This document shows positions 45,741-56,700 of a DNA stretch of 64,000 nucleotides, piece by piece. The stretch's first letter is position 1. Each line of letters starts with the position of its first letter. The position numbers and the translations under genes were made by a program. The notes beneath the pieces are model-generated. The model had not been told where the DNA came from. It saw only the letters and a program-made list of their open reading frames with translations, and made no database searches. This DNA is from Paramoeba atlantica (taxonomy: Eukaryota > Protista > Discosea), in the NCBI GenBank assembly GCA_977017575.1, contig CDRNVI010000002.1:1045833-1109832 (forward strand). The letters run 5' to 3'.

Positions 45741-45874
45741 TCATTAAGATATTAGAGAACTGTGCATCACATACGCACCAATGGAACACATTTTAATTTA
45801 AACTTAGTTTGTTTGACCATCTGCGGTATATATCTTCTTTCGCTTACATACGAAGATATGGGATACGTTATTAG

Positions 45875-47098
45875 GGTGAAACTGAAGCAAAATTCGGTTT
45901 TTTTCAGCTTTTGTCTATCAAATTCTCTGATTGTAGAAAATACTTCTCCAGAGATCGTATTCATATTTTCTTGAGTTTTTCGCTATTCTTTTCGCCTTTT
46001 TCAGTTACTTGGTCTATCTTTCCATGCCTTGAACGGGGTGTGTTGGGTTTTCTTGTCGGCGAAAGCTGACAATAAGTAGGATTGCAACTTGGACTGCAAA
46101 GCAGTGTGTGGAGTGGCTACAAGATCATAAGTTGGTGGCACAAAAGGTCATATGTTGCAAGCGAAATCACACGAGTGACCACACTATGGAAATGAATGGT
46201 GAAAAATGGAAGTGCACGAAGTCTTGCAAAGGGATATATGAGAAGACGGGTCCACTGTTGCCGGGCAGGGCGCAGCGAAGCGCTAAACAAACACTGAAGT
46301 ACATTGTACTTTACGTTCGGGGGAATAGACATGAGGTGTCTGTTGCAGAGACGGAGCTCAGTGAGAAAACAATTATATCACTACGTCAGTGGATTGATTC
46401 CATCATGGCAACTTGTCATGTGCGTCGACGCGCCCGACAAAGAGGGAGCGTCCACTCGATGCAGTGTGATGAAACTTTTTTCTCGGTTCGGAAACGTCAC
46501 CGAGGTAGTCACGGTTCGAGGCGCGTGCGCGCAGAAGGTACGCAAGTAGCCCAAACGGTTGCGGTGACGACTCGAAACAACAAGTTATCCGAAATTTTAA
46601 TGCAAGTAGTACCAGATTGCACTGCTGGTTCTCTTGTCCCCGGAATTACAGAACTAGCCGCAGGAGAACGTACCAGAATTTGGACAGACGGCGCTCGTCA
46701 CAATATTCGTCTCGGGCAGAACTACAAGTGGGAAAGCGTCAACCACCGTCGACAGTGGGTCACAGAGGAAGGTGTGCACACAAACACTGTGGAGTGTGCG
46801 AACTCAGTCGTCAAGAAGCGTTCAAAGCGTGAAGGTGGTGTGTTGGGCCGGAAAGCCGCCCGGAGAGATGATCGGGTGCAGGCCTACGCAAAGCAAGGAA
46901 GCGGAAGTTTGAAGTGTAATGGGGGGATGCTTTGTTGCGCGTGCTTGAAAATTTAAAAGAGCATTGCGCTTGCGTATACGTATAGTGTCCGCTTTCTAAG
47001 TCTAAAGTTGTGAGTTTAAGTTTTTCAACATTTTTTGAGCACTTTTTGAACAGATTTATGAAAAAAACGAAAAAACCGAATTTTGCTTCAGTTTAGCC
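45875..47098 (+). mobile_element. Complete Merlin DNA transposon (1224 bp)
   Basis: ~29-bp TIRs gg(tg/ct)aaactgaagcaaaattcggtttttt. 8-bp TSD gttattag at 45867-45874 and 47099-47106. Confidence 0.93.
46108..46956 (+). CDS. Merlin/IS1595-family DDE transposase
   Basis: QCDETFF, IWTDG, VNH and VHTNTVE give an intact triad. Zn-ribbon N-terminus. The nearest upstream in-frame ATG (46024) is followed by TGA. Confidence 0.88.
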   Translation: MEWLQDHKLVAQKVICCKRNHTSDHTMEMNGEKWKCTKSCKGIYEKTGPLLPGRAQRSAKQTLKYIVLYVRGNRHEVSVAETELSEKTIISLRQWIDSIMATCHVRRRARQRGSVHSMQCDETFFSVRKRHRGSHGSRRVRAEGTQVAQTVAVTTRNNKLSEILMQVVPDCTAGSLVPGITELAAGERTRIWTDGARHNIRLGQNYKWESVNHRRQWVTEEGVHTNTVECANSVVKKRSKREGGVLGRKAARRDDRVQAYAKQGSGSLKCNGGMLCCACLKI

Positions 47099-47158
47099 GT
47101 TATTAGATATGGAATATTCTGTCGTTCGTAGTTTGCTTGCTTTCTAGTCTTTTGGTAC

Positions 47159-48049
47159 ATGATTCCGCATCTTCTTTTAGCACTTCATACGTGCGGTGGA
47201 ACGGCTCATTCGTTATTTGTGCATCACTTTGCCCATCAAGGACCCTCTAAGCCCCGTAAAGAAATTTTGTTGTTGGTCTCGGAGCTCTTGAAACTTATTT
47301 TTTCCTATTTTCTCTCCTCGCGAGGAGCTTTACGAAAAGTTCGTAGGCGCTCTCGCAAACCAGTAAAGTTCTCACAAGTTTTACCTTACCTTCTGTTCTC
47401 ACTGATTCATTTCGCATGCAACTTACTTTCTTTTTATAATTTAGGACACGTTGATCCGAACACCTATCAAATGTTCTTGCAAGGTCGAATTCTATGTACG
47501 GCAATACTGGGTTGGCTATTGTTTGGTAAATCATTGTCGATACGCAGGTTCGTCTCTCTTTTTATAATCATGTATGGTGTCGTACTAAAGGAATTTACTT
47601 CTTCCTTGTGGCACTCCAATCACATGAATTTTCTGATATTACATCCTATCCTTAGTTCAGTTTCCGGGCTGTACAACGAATATTTGTTGCGCTCCCCGAA
47701 GCTGAAGCTTAGCATGCAACACCGAAATATATGCGTGTATGGTTTTTCGTTGATTCTTACATTTTTGTACTGTATTCTTCAATATACTGTTAATGATCTT
47801 TCTGAAGACTTTTCTTTGTTAATTTCGAATGTGTACGCACAAGCGATGATATTCAATAGTGCCTTCCTTGGGATTTTAACATCTTTTGTTATATTCTATT
47901 TCGGCGCCCTGGTGAAAACTGTATCCAATGGGTGCGAGATAATACTAACCGCAATGGTGACAAGTGTTTTGTTTTCTCACCCCTTTTCTTCGCAAGACTT
48001 GAATGCTTTGAGCTTGACTTTTCTTGGGGTTTGCCTTTATGCTTTATGA
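47159..48049 (+). CDS. Nucleotide-sugar transporter (SLC35A-like)
   Basis: Multi-TM protein with SELLKL, VDPNTYQMFLQGRILCTAIL, SGLYNEYLL and GALVKT motifs. Confidence 0.85.
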   Translation: MIPHLLLALHTCGGTAHSLFVHHFAHQGPSKPRKEILLLVSELLKLIFSYFLSSRGALRKVRRRSRKPVKFSQVLPYLLFSLIHFACNLLSFYNLGHVDPNTYQMFLQGRILCTAILGWLLFGKSLSIRRFVSLFIIMYGVVLKEFTSSLWHSNHMNFLILHPILSSVSGLYNEYLLRSPKLKLSMQHRNICVYGFSLILTFLYCILQYTVNDLSEDFSLLISNVYAQAMIFNSAFLGILTSFVIFYFGALVKTVSNGCEIILTAMVTSVLFSHPFSSQDLNALSLTFLGVCLYAL

Positions 48050-48286
48050 GATTTTTGTCACCCATGAGTAGGTTGTACTGCTATAGTTGTACGTTTGAAC
48101 TGTGGGTAATTTTTGATTGTATTCGCTACTTCACTATTGTACGCAATCATTGTGCGTTTTTCACACGACTCACAGTGAAATTTTCGGATATTTTATCAAA
48201 TTTCTTTGAGATACCCTTTTCTTCACTTTATCAGTAATTGAATGAATTAGTTTGATGCATCTTAAAGAGATTTTCATTTTTTCCGT

Positions 48287-50593
48287 ATGCTTGCTTCAAA
48301 TATATTTAGAGGGAACTCACTCTGGAGTCGAACTTCTCGCATCACGTTGTATCCTCATCTTTTTAAAAGAAAAAAAGCATCTTCTGCCAAGCGAGAACAA
48401 CATGAAAGCAACGCAACCGATCAGTCCGCCAAATTTCCAAGTGCCAATAGATCTCAACAAACACCTATTTCAGCGCCCGAAAAAAAGAAAGACTTTCAGC
48501 GAACATTAAAGGCCAAAAAAATTAGCAGATCTCAGCGTCGTTTAGAAGAGCTCAGCTTTTCCTCCATTGAGAAATTGGTTGACTGGAAATCTTTTTCTAC
48601 AAATCTTATTGCCCCCTATTACATCGGCTCTCAGAAGACTGGGATCAGTGCTACAGAGGATCCCCTCTCCCTGTTATCTTTTTCAGTCACCGCTTCAGAC
48701 GCTAATACCCATAACATGATTCAAAAGTACCTCACGGCTGATTGGAACGGAAATTTCACCCCGGCTACCTTTTCTACTCTTCCAGCTCCCTCTCTTAATG
48801 TTTCCGTCGCATTGCACCAAAGTACTGTTAACACAGACAAGTACAAACCACGCCGCTTCCAGTCCAATTCTCTCATCCGACTTTATCACTCCTTATCCTC
48901 CGCGCAGCGTCTTTCTCGATTCTCACATGGCCCTCGTGAGAAATCTAAGGGAGGCTATCACAGAATATTGCTGCGAGGTGGGGAAGCATGGCAGTGGTCT
49001 ATGGAGACTCCACAAGATCGAATCACTGATCCTCGAAACGTCTACTCCCCTCATCTCGCGCTCACTTCTCTGGCTCGACGATTTCACATTGACCCCGCGG
49101 CTCGGGTTAAAGGTCCTATGCTGGTTTTTTCGGAACATACCAACAAATGGATTAGCCTGCGGATGAAGGATCAGACGCCACAGGATAAATTTTCAACAAA
49201 TGATTTTGCCAGCGGGCATGCCCTCCTGCCTGGGGATGTACTTTACCCGGCCTGGGAGGATTTACAACGTGTCCTGCGCTCCGCCTACATTAGTGTCATC
49301 TTAAAGGAGCTCATCTCCTACCCTTTTATCCCCTACCCAACCAATCCTAACAACCCACCCACCCCCGATCATACCACCTCCTCTCCCCTTCCCTCCCCCC
49401 ACACCACCCCTGACTTTGAACCCTCCGAACCCATTCACCCCCTGTGGCTCCGCGCGGACGCCCTCTACAACCCCCGCACCCACAAACTCCTCCTCCTAAT
49501 GGGACCCCCGAACAGCGGTAAAACCACCCTCGCCTTACAACTCCTCTCCTCCCATCCCGAAACCCAACTGCTCAGCACATGGTCCGTGGTGGTCGCAGCC
49601 CAATCCACCCTAAGTCCTCTCTCTTATCACACTCATTCCTCTTCCCCCTCTCACACACAACCCACGCCCTCACAGCCCACGCCCTCACAAGTTGTGAGTG
49701 AAACTACAGAGGGTTTCTCACAGGGTTGTGAATCACCTTCCACACCCTCACAACTCACGCCCTCACACATTGTTCACAAAACCTCAAACGGTTCTTCCGA
49801 ACATTGTGACTCCCATCCCACGCCCTCACCCGTTCTCCCTAAAACCACAAACGCTTCTTCCGAGCATTGTAACTCCCACCCCACGCCCTCACCCGTTCCC
49901 CCTAAAACCTCAAACGGTTCCTCAGGGCGGTCTGCGTCCCCCCCCTCCCCCTCCCCCCCCTCCCCCTACCCCCTCCCGTCTCTACAACTCATCGGCACCC
50001 CCGCCCCCCACAGCCTTAAGCCCGGCACCCTCTGCGGCAACCTCTGCCCCAACCCCCGCCTCCGCGACACCCTCCGGCGTGACCCCGCGGTGGGGCGCTA
50101 CCTGCGGGAGAACGCCCCCGCCCGCCCCACCGACCTGTGGTGGGAGGCCCCCGCGGAGATCCCGCTGTGTGTCACGGCGTGCTTCGGGGAGGGCCGCGTG
50201 GGGGTGTCCGGGGGGGCGGTGACCGCCCCCACCCTCTCCGTGCTGCTGCTGCACTGGAACGTGGACAAGGGGAGTATGGGGGGCTCCCGCGGGGGGACGT
50301 TTGTGCGGGATGGCGGGGGTGGGGTTCCGGTGGGGGTGAGGGTGGAGGCGGTGGAGAGGGCACTGATGCAGCATGCTGGGGTGCGCTACGCGGTGCGGCG
50401 GAAACGGCCGGAGGAGTGTGGGGAGGGGGAGGTTGCGTTGGGGGACTCGCGCGTGATGAAGGCGTTGTGTTGCGGGGTTGAAGGGGGTGTTCAGGGTACT
50501 CGAGACGGGGAAAGTCCTGTACGGTGGTGTGAGATTTCTGGAGATGTGAATTTTCGGGTGGCTACAAAGTACGCGCTTGAAAATCTTTTGTAA
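48287..50593 (+). CDS. Hypothetical P-loop protein (HprK-related kinase-like Walker A)
   Basis: LRADALYNPRTHKLLLLMGPPNSGKTTLALQLL, with Pro/Ser/Thr inserts after the P-loop. Confidence 0.55.
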   Translation: MLASNIFRGNSLWSRTSRITLYPHLFKRKKASSAKREQHESNATDQSAKFPSANRSQQTPISAPEKKKDFQRTLKAKKISRSQRRLEELSFSSIEKLVDWKSFSTNLIAPYYIGSQKTGISATEDPLSLLSFSVTASDANTHNMIQKYLTADWNGNFTPATFSTLPAPSLNVSVALHQSTVNTDKYKPRRFQSNSLIRLYHSLSSAQRLSRFSHGPREKSKGGYHRILLRGGEAWQWSMETPQDRITDPRNVYSPHLALTSLARRFHIDPAARVKGPMLVFSEHTNKWISLRMKDQTPQDKFSTNDFASGHALLPGDVLYPAWEDLQRVLRSAYISVILKELISYPFIPYPTNPNNPPTPDHTTSSPLPSPHTTPDFEPSEPIHPLWLRADALYNPRTHKLLLLMGPPNSGKTTLALQLLSSHPETQLLSTWSVVVAAQSTLSPLSYHTHSSSPSHTQPTPSQPTPSQVVSETTEGFSQGCESPSTPSQLTPSHIVHKTSNGSSEHCDSHPTPSPVLPKTTNASSEHCNSHPTPSPVPPKTSNGSSGRSASPPSPSPPSPYPLPSLQLIGTPAPHSLKPGTLCGNLCPNPRLRDTLRRDPAVGRYLRENAPARPTDLWWEAPAEIPLCVTACFGEGRVGVSGGAVTAPTLSVLLLHWNVDKGSMGGSRGGTFVRDGGGGVPVGVRVEAVERALMQHAGVRYAVRRKRPEECGEGEVALGDSRVMKALCCGVEGGVQGTRDGESPVRWCEISGDVNFRVATKYALENLL

Positions 50594-50765
50594 TTCCTTA
50601 TACGAGTTCATGAGTTCATTTCCTAACTCTTCGTTTAACTCTTCGTTATTTCCAGAGTGTGCTTTAGAAGAATTTTCCATTTTGACAAAAATGTGGATTT
50701 TCTTAGTTATTAAAAGCTACACTTTTAGAATTGTATTGTTATTAACGCTTTTTCCACAAATCAAT

Positions 50766-53700
50766 ATGGATTTGGACGAGCCCTTTGACGAACCTCATTC
50801 CGACTCCGACTCCTCAATTGAGATCTCATCCACGTTACTGCGAGATCCCACGAAGGAAGATGTCGATCTGCATCAGCTACAGCTCCCTCCAGGAGCGAAG
50901 CACACACAGTCGTCTTTGGTCGATCGAGACAACGAGAACAGTTCTCCTATCATGATTGAGACCACAACCCTCCCCCCAGTAATCGCAGCGCCACAAGATT
51001 CCGAGATGCCCCTTATCTCTGTAGACCAGCTCCCTCTCTGGGCACAACCTCCCTTTACAGAGGTAGGGATCACTACCCTGAACCGTGTGCAAAGTGCCGT
51101 ATTTGACACCGTGTTCCGAGGCACAGACAACGTATTGTGCTGTGCCCCCACAGGAGGTGGCAAGACCAACGTCGCGCTGCTCGCCATCCTAGCCGAGATT
51201 GCAAAGAACGTCTCCCAGGTGGATCGTGTGACGTACCCCGACGTGGCCAACCTTCGAGTGGTGTATCTCGCCCCCATGAAGGCATTGGTCCAGGAAGTCG
51301 TGCAAACACTGATGACGCGGCTGCAACCTCTGGGGCTGACCGTTGCCGAGCTAAGCGGGGACCAACACCTCTCGCGATCGCAACTCGCCAAAACCAATGT
51401 AATTGTGGCGACCCCAGAAAAGTGGAACATTGTTTCCAGCAAGTTGTGGGCCGAGACAGGAGGCGCTCTATCGATTTCTCCAGACATTTCCGAGGACGGT
51501 GATCTCCCCGATTCTGGCTTTTTTTCCGTACAACTACTCATTTTGGATGAGATTCACCTGTTGCATGAGTCACGCGGGGGTGTGATCGAGGCAGTGGTAG
51601 CTCGTACGCTTCGCTCTATCGAGCGCTCCGGAATTTTCACCCGACTGGTAGGCCTCAGCGCTACCGTTTCCAACCCTCAAGACGTCGCAACATTTCTCCG
51701 CGTCGAACCCGCCAACTGCTTTGTATTCGGACAGGAATACCGCCCCGTACCCCTCACCTCCCACTACGTCGGGGTCGCCGAGCGCAACCCCGCCCGAATC
51801 GAACCCGCTCTCACCCGTCTCACCGTGGACCGTGTCCTTGACCGTGTCCACGAGCGTCAAGTCCTTGTCTTTGTCCACTCCCGAAAACTCACCCTCCAAG
51901 TCGCCCACGCCATCCTTCACACCGCCACAAAACGTGAGATGGGCGAAAACCTCTGGGGCCCCAATGCTTGCCACCCCGACCCCGACTCTCCCCTCCCGGA
52001 CCACAAACCGCAACAAGAGCCACAGCCCACTTTCGCCTCCTCCCACTTCACCCCCGACCCCATCCGCGCGGTTCTGCCCCAGTTCCAGAACCCCGCGCTA
52101 CGTGAGTGCGTGCGTGCCGGGGTCGGTCTCCACCACGCCGGGCTTACCGCAGCCGACCGCACCCTCGTGGAGCGCCTGTTCCGTGAGCGAAAACTACAAG
52201 TGCTGGTGGCCACCGCGACCCTGGCCTGGGGGGTGAACCTCCCCGCCCACACCGTGTTGATTCGAGGCACCCAGGTGTACCGCAATGGGGGGTGGGAGGG
52301 TCTGGGGGGGTTTGAGGTGGCGCAAATGTGTGGACGTGCGGGGCGCCCGGGGTTGGATCGCGAGGGGGAGGCGTTTTTGCTCGCCCCCCGTGTGGAGGTT
52401 CCGCGCTACCTGCGTGCACTGGAGGCACAGGTTCCGATTGAGTCACAGTTGATGGTGCAGGTGGTGGATTTGGTGGCAGGGGAGATTGCGGCAGGGGCGG
52501 TGAGGTGTGGGGAGGATATGTTGCAGTGGTTGGGGTACACGTACTGGTCCGTGCGCAGTGCTTTGGAACCGACGAGATATGGCGTAAATGGCGGGGTGGG
52601 TCACTTTTCGTCAGGCATGGATGACAAGATGGAATCTCCCGGAAAGGGTTCTAGGATTCAAGATTCGGATTCTCTGGAAAGGGATTCGAGTAGGAACTAC
52701 ATTCACGTTACGCTTGTACGCTCCATTTTTTTGACGCTTGCACAATGTGGAATGATTGAATGGGACTTAAAAGCTGATTCGGAAATGCTTATAAGGTCAA
52801 AGGATGCGCTTAAATCTTTTTCTGTTTCCTTTTGTTCGGTGAAGGAGCTTTCCACGTTTCTCTCTGCTAATGTTCACAGCACCCCGGTGGGACAGATAGC
52901 CTCAGATTTTTGCATTTCGCATCGTTCTCTAGTTGCATATTTCCGACATCTGCAACCCAACTTCACTTCTATTGAAATTTTTTCCTTGTTTTCACAAAGC
53001 AATGAGTTTGAAACTCTTGCGGTTCGCCCCGAAGAGGAGGAAGAGATGTTGCGTTTGTGTCAGGAAGTGCCGATACCCATTCGAGAAGAGTACAACACAA
53101 GAGCTGCGAAGGTTAATGTACTTCTACAAGTCTGGATTTCTCGGATACCTCTCGAGAATTATACACTCTTCAGCGACCTTGTTTATGTTTCTCAGAATGC
53201 GCCGCGTTTAATTGGCGCACTTTATTCCATGGCTTGTATGAATTGTTGGGCCTCTCTTGCCTTGGAGTTACATCAGATGCGAAAGAATGTCGAACTTCGA
53301 TCATGGCACACGAGCAGTCCGTTACGTCAGATCTTTGAAAATAATTTGAGTTATCGAAGTACAGAAGTGGGTAGACGTGGTTTTGTAGAGGAACACGACT
53401 TGTCTGCCGGAGAGGCAGATGTAACTATGGACGCGGCAGTAAACAAAAGTATGATATCCCTTGCGACGGGCATCCCTCCGCCCATCTTTTGCAATTTTTC
53501 TGAACGTACGTTGCGTCGCGTAGAAGGACGAAACGTTCCATGGTCTTTTTTCCGTACTATGGATAACTTTCAGGCAATGCAATTCTGCCAAGGTAACGAG
53601 GAGGAAGCTCACGCACTTCTGCACGTCATTTCTTGTATTCCACGAATCAAGATAGACATAGAGGTAGTTCCATTAACGCCAGCACTAGTACAACTTGATT

Positions 53701-56700
53701 TAGAACTGTGCCCGGATTTTACTTACGAAGCGGCTCTCTGCGGGTCGGGAGGTGTAGGCTATAGTTTGGTAGTTACCGACGTGGACCAATTTCACATTCT
53801 TCATACTGAACCTGTTAATTTTTCTCGGGTAGCTATTACCAACAAAGTGCGGTTTTTGTTCCGTGTGACTCTTCCTGTGTTAGCACCGTTGCCGTACATG
53901 TATTTGGTGCATTTGTGGTGTGAAAGCTTTCACGGGTCTAACCATGTAGTTCCTGTTGAATTGGGATCTTTAGTGTGGCCTCCAGCTTTACCGCAACCAT
54001 TTCATAGTTTTCCAAAGGAATTCGAAAATGGAGCTATTGTGGACCGCATGTTGGAGAAAGCAATTTTTTCTATGAAAACTGAAGCTGATGTTAAATCTAA
54101 ACGAAATCTTAAATCGGAGGCTGCCGGTGCAAGCATGTTTTTCACATGGTTTCGAAAATTGTTTCCGTTTTCTGATTTTAGCCCTGCTCAATCTTTTCTT
54201 TCTTCCATATTACTTCATTCGACGAAGTCTTGTGCTATCAGTGCGCCGTCTGGTTGTGGCAAAGATTCGTTGCTTCAAATGGCCATGTTTCGTCATCTAT
54301 ATGAAGTTTTCAATGATTTATCCAACAGCCCCACCAGCCCTCCCATTAGAAAATCTAGCCGCGTACTTTATCTTTTCCCAAATTTTACGTTCTGCGCGAA
54401 GGCTTTTTCTGACTGGAAGGCACTGTACGGCGCTTGCTCTCCTCAGACACAACAAAGTACGTTTTCTAATTCTTTTACGTGTGTTTTTTCAGAGCAACAC
54501 AGTTTAACTATCACTTGCTTGGAGTGTATCTCACGTGAACTTTTAGATCTCTCGTGCGCAGAGAATACAACCGCAATCCTTTGCACTCCGCAAAGTTGGG
54601 AAATTTTACTTCAAAGTATTTCAAAGGTTGAGATTAGAAATGATTTTCTTTCTTCATTTGGGCTTATTCTGGTTAATCATTTAGAATATCTCTGTACTCC
54701 TGGTGGGCCAGCATTGGAGTGGGGTCTGTCGTGTTTGGTATCAAATTTAAGTAACCATAGCAAAACAAACGGAGCATTTGATGAAAATGGGAAACATCAC
54801 AGTATGAACAAGTATTTCGCACCATCTTATCGCGTTGTGGCACTTGCCGAGGATGCTTCCAACATAAAGGACATTGGGGCTTGGCTAGGCATTCCCTCTG
54901 AGAATTGTTTTCTTTTGAGTCCCTCTGCAAGATTGGGTCATCGTAATCATCATATTTCCGCAATTCCTCGTGGAGAGTTGCTCTCCTATAGCGAATGTAT
55001 CCCTTTTTTATGTCCTGAAATTGTTGGCATCATCAAGCACTTTCGTACGAATAAGATCTCAAAAAATATTTTTTTGGGTGTCCCATCCTTACACTCTGGT
55101 ACGTTGCTTCTTCATCACATCTTATACAACCTTTCTCAAGAGGGTTTAATTGGTTGTCTTCTGGGTTGTTCACAGGAGGATCTTAAAAATCGTTTTCGAA
55201 TGTTTTGTGACGAAGTGCAACATTCTTGTAATCTTCACAAAACTACTCCGTCTCAAGTCGTTGAAAATCTGTGGCAAAGTTTGCTTAAAACCCAGATTGG
55301 TCTTCTCTCTGGTGTAATAATATTAGACTTTCATGGAACGGAAAATCTGTTTTTTCAAGCAGCCGTATCACATGAAGATTTCTTTTCAAAGGAAACTTGC
55401 GTATGTCTGCACGTATCCCTGGCACATTGGCTTTTGGAACTGTACTCTATTCGAATAGTCAACCTTGTTATCTTCCCGCTTACGAAAGTACATGACTACC
55501 TTCCATTCAAACGACAGCTCTACAGTGATGTAGTCGTTATTACTGGATCAGAGCGTCATTCCTATCCAGTATCTTACGGCACTACAAAACGTTCTGTGAG
55601 TCAAGATTACGATTGGTCTACTGTGCAACGCACATTTTCATACGCTCATCCTTGGCGCACACAGGTAGACTGTTATCTATATACTACGTTACCCAAGAAA
55701 CGGCGTTGGGAAAGTTTTTTGAATGGCGAGGCGCATATCATCGAGAGCACACTCGACTATGATTTTTCCCGACTTTTGCTGCGGGAAATAGCATTGAAAC
55801 GTTCGATTGGAAGCATACAGGACGCCATGAACGCGATTGGTTCTAGTTTTTTGTGTCAACGTTTAGCGACGAATCCATCCTATTATAAGTGCAAAGACAT
55901 TTACCTTGTCGAGCGCGAGGAGTATTTGAGTGACCTTTTGGACTCGCATTGTGATGCTTTGATGGCTTCCAAATGTCTCGTGCAAGAAATAAAGGGACAA
56001 GTCCCGGACAGAAACAATGCAGCTAAGGTCGGTCTTGGGAAAACTTTAATGCATGTCATACCGACACCAATTGGAAACCTTGCTGCTCTTCACGATATAT
56101 CACTGACGACATTGTCACGTTGGGAGGATAACTCACTTGATGTCGAAAACTACTCTTCAGAACGAATGAAAATGGTTGTAATTGAAATGCTTTGTCATGC
56201 TTTTGAATTCGAAGATTGTTGTACAGAATCATTTTTGAATGCTACATCCAAAGAGTGCGCAAAGTGGAGAGCATTGGTAGAAATGGTAATAGAGGATCAG
56301 ACGGTACTCCATCTCGCTACAAAGATGAACACAGTAGTAGCGAAAAAAGTATTTTACGTTATACAATTCTGTTTGAGTTTAGCTTGCTTTCAGGAGCGCA
56401 GCGAGGAGCTTCTTTTGGATGTTCGATCCGATTCTATTTCGCGGGGCCCCTCTAATATGCCTTCCGTTTTACAGTTTCGTGATGTGGAGCGTACACTACT
56501 TACAGTGCATCGACTTTGTGTTGCTCTCGTTGATCTAAATTTGTTGCACGGTCATTGGACTAAAACACAATGTTGTCTTTCTCTTTGCGAAGAAATATGG
56601 AACGCACTTTCGAGAACTCGATTTCTAATCAGGAAAACTCTGAAAGACGCTGCGACACTTACCGATAGTATTTTATTAAAATTTTCTGAAATTGATGTAA

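Noticed and set aside
46024-46032. In-frame TGA codons as evidence for stop-codon reassignment (also ~29168 and ~10717)
   Set aside because: They occur only in transposon copies, and host genes end normally at TAA, TAG and TGA.
7720-52446. Long Gly/Val/Glu-rich or Pro-rich overlapping ORFs (e.g. 7720-8244, 17865-18641, 36667-37782, 49982-50680)
   Set aside because: These are shadow frames. C/G-skewed tracts lack stop codons, and the + frames carry the recognisable domains.
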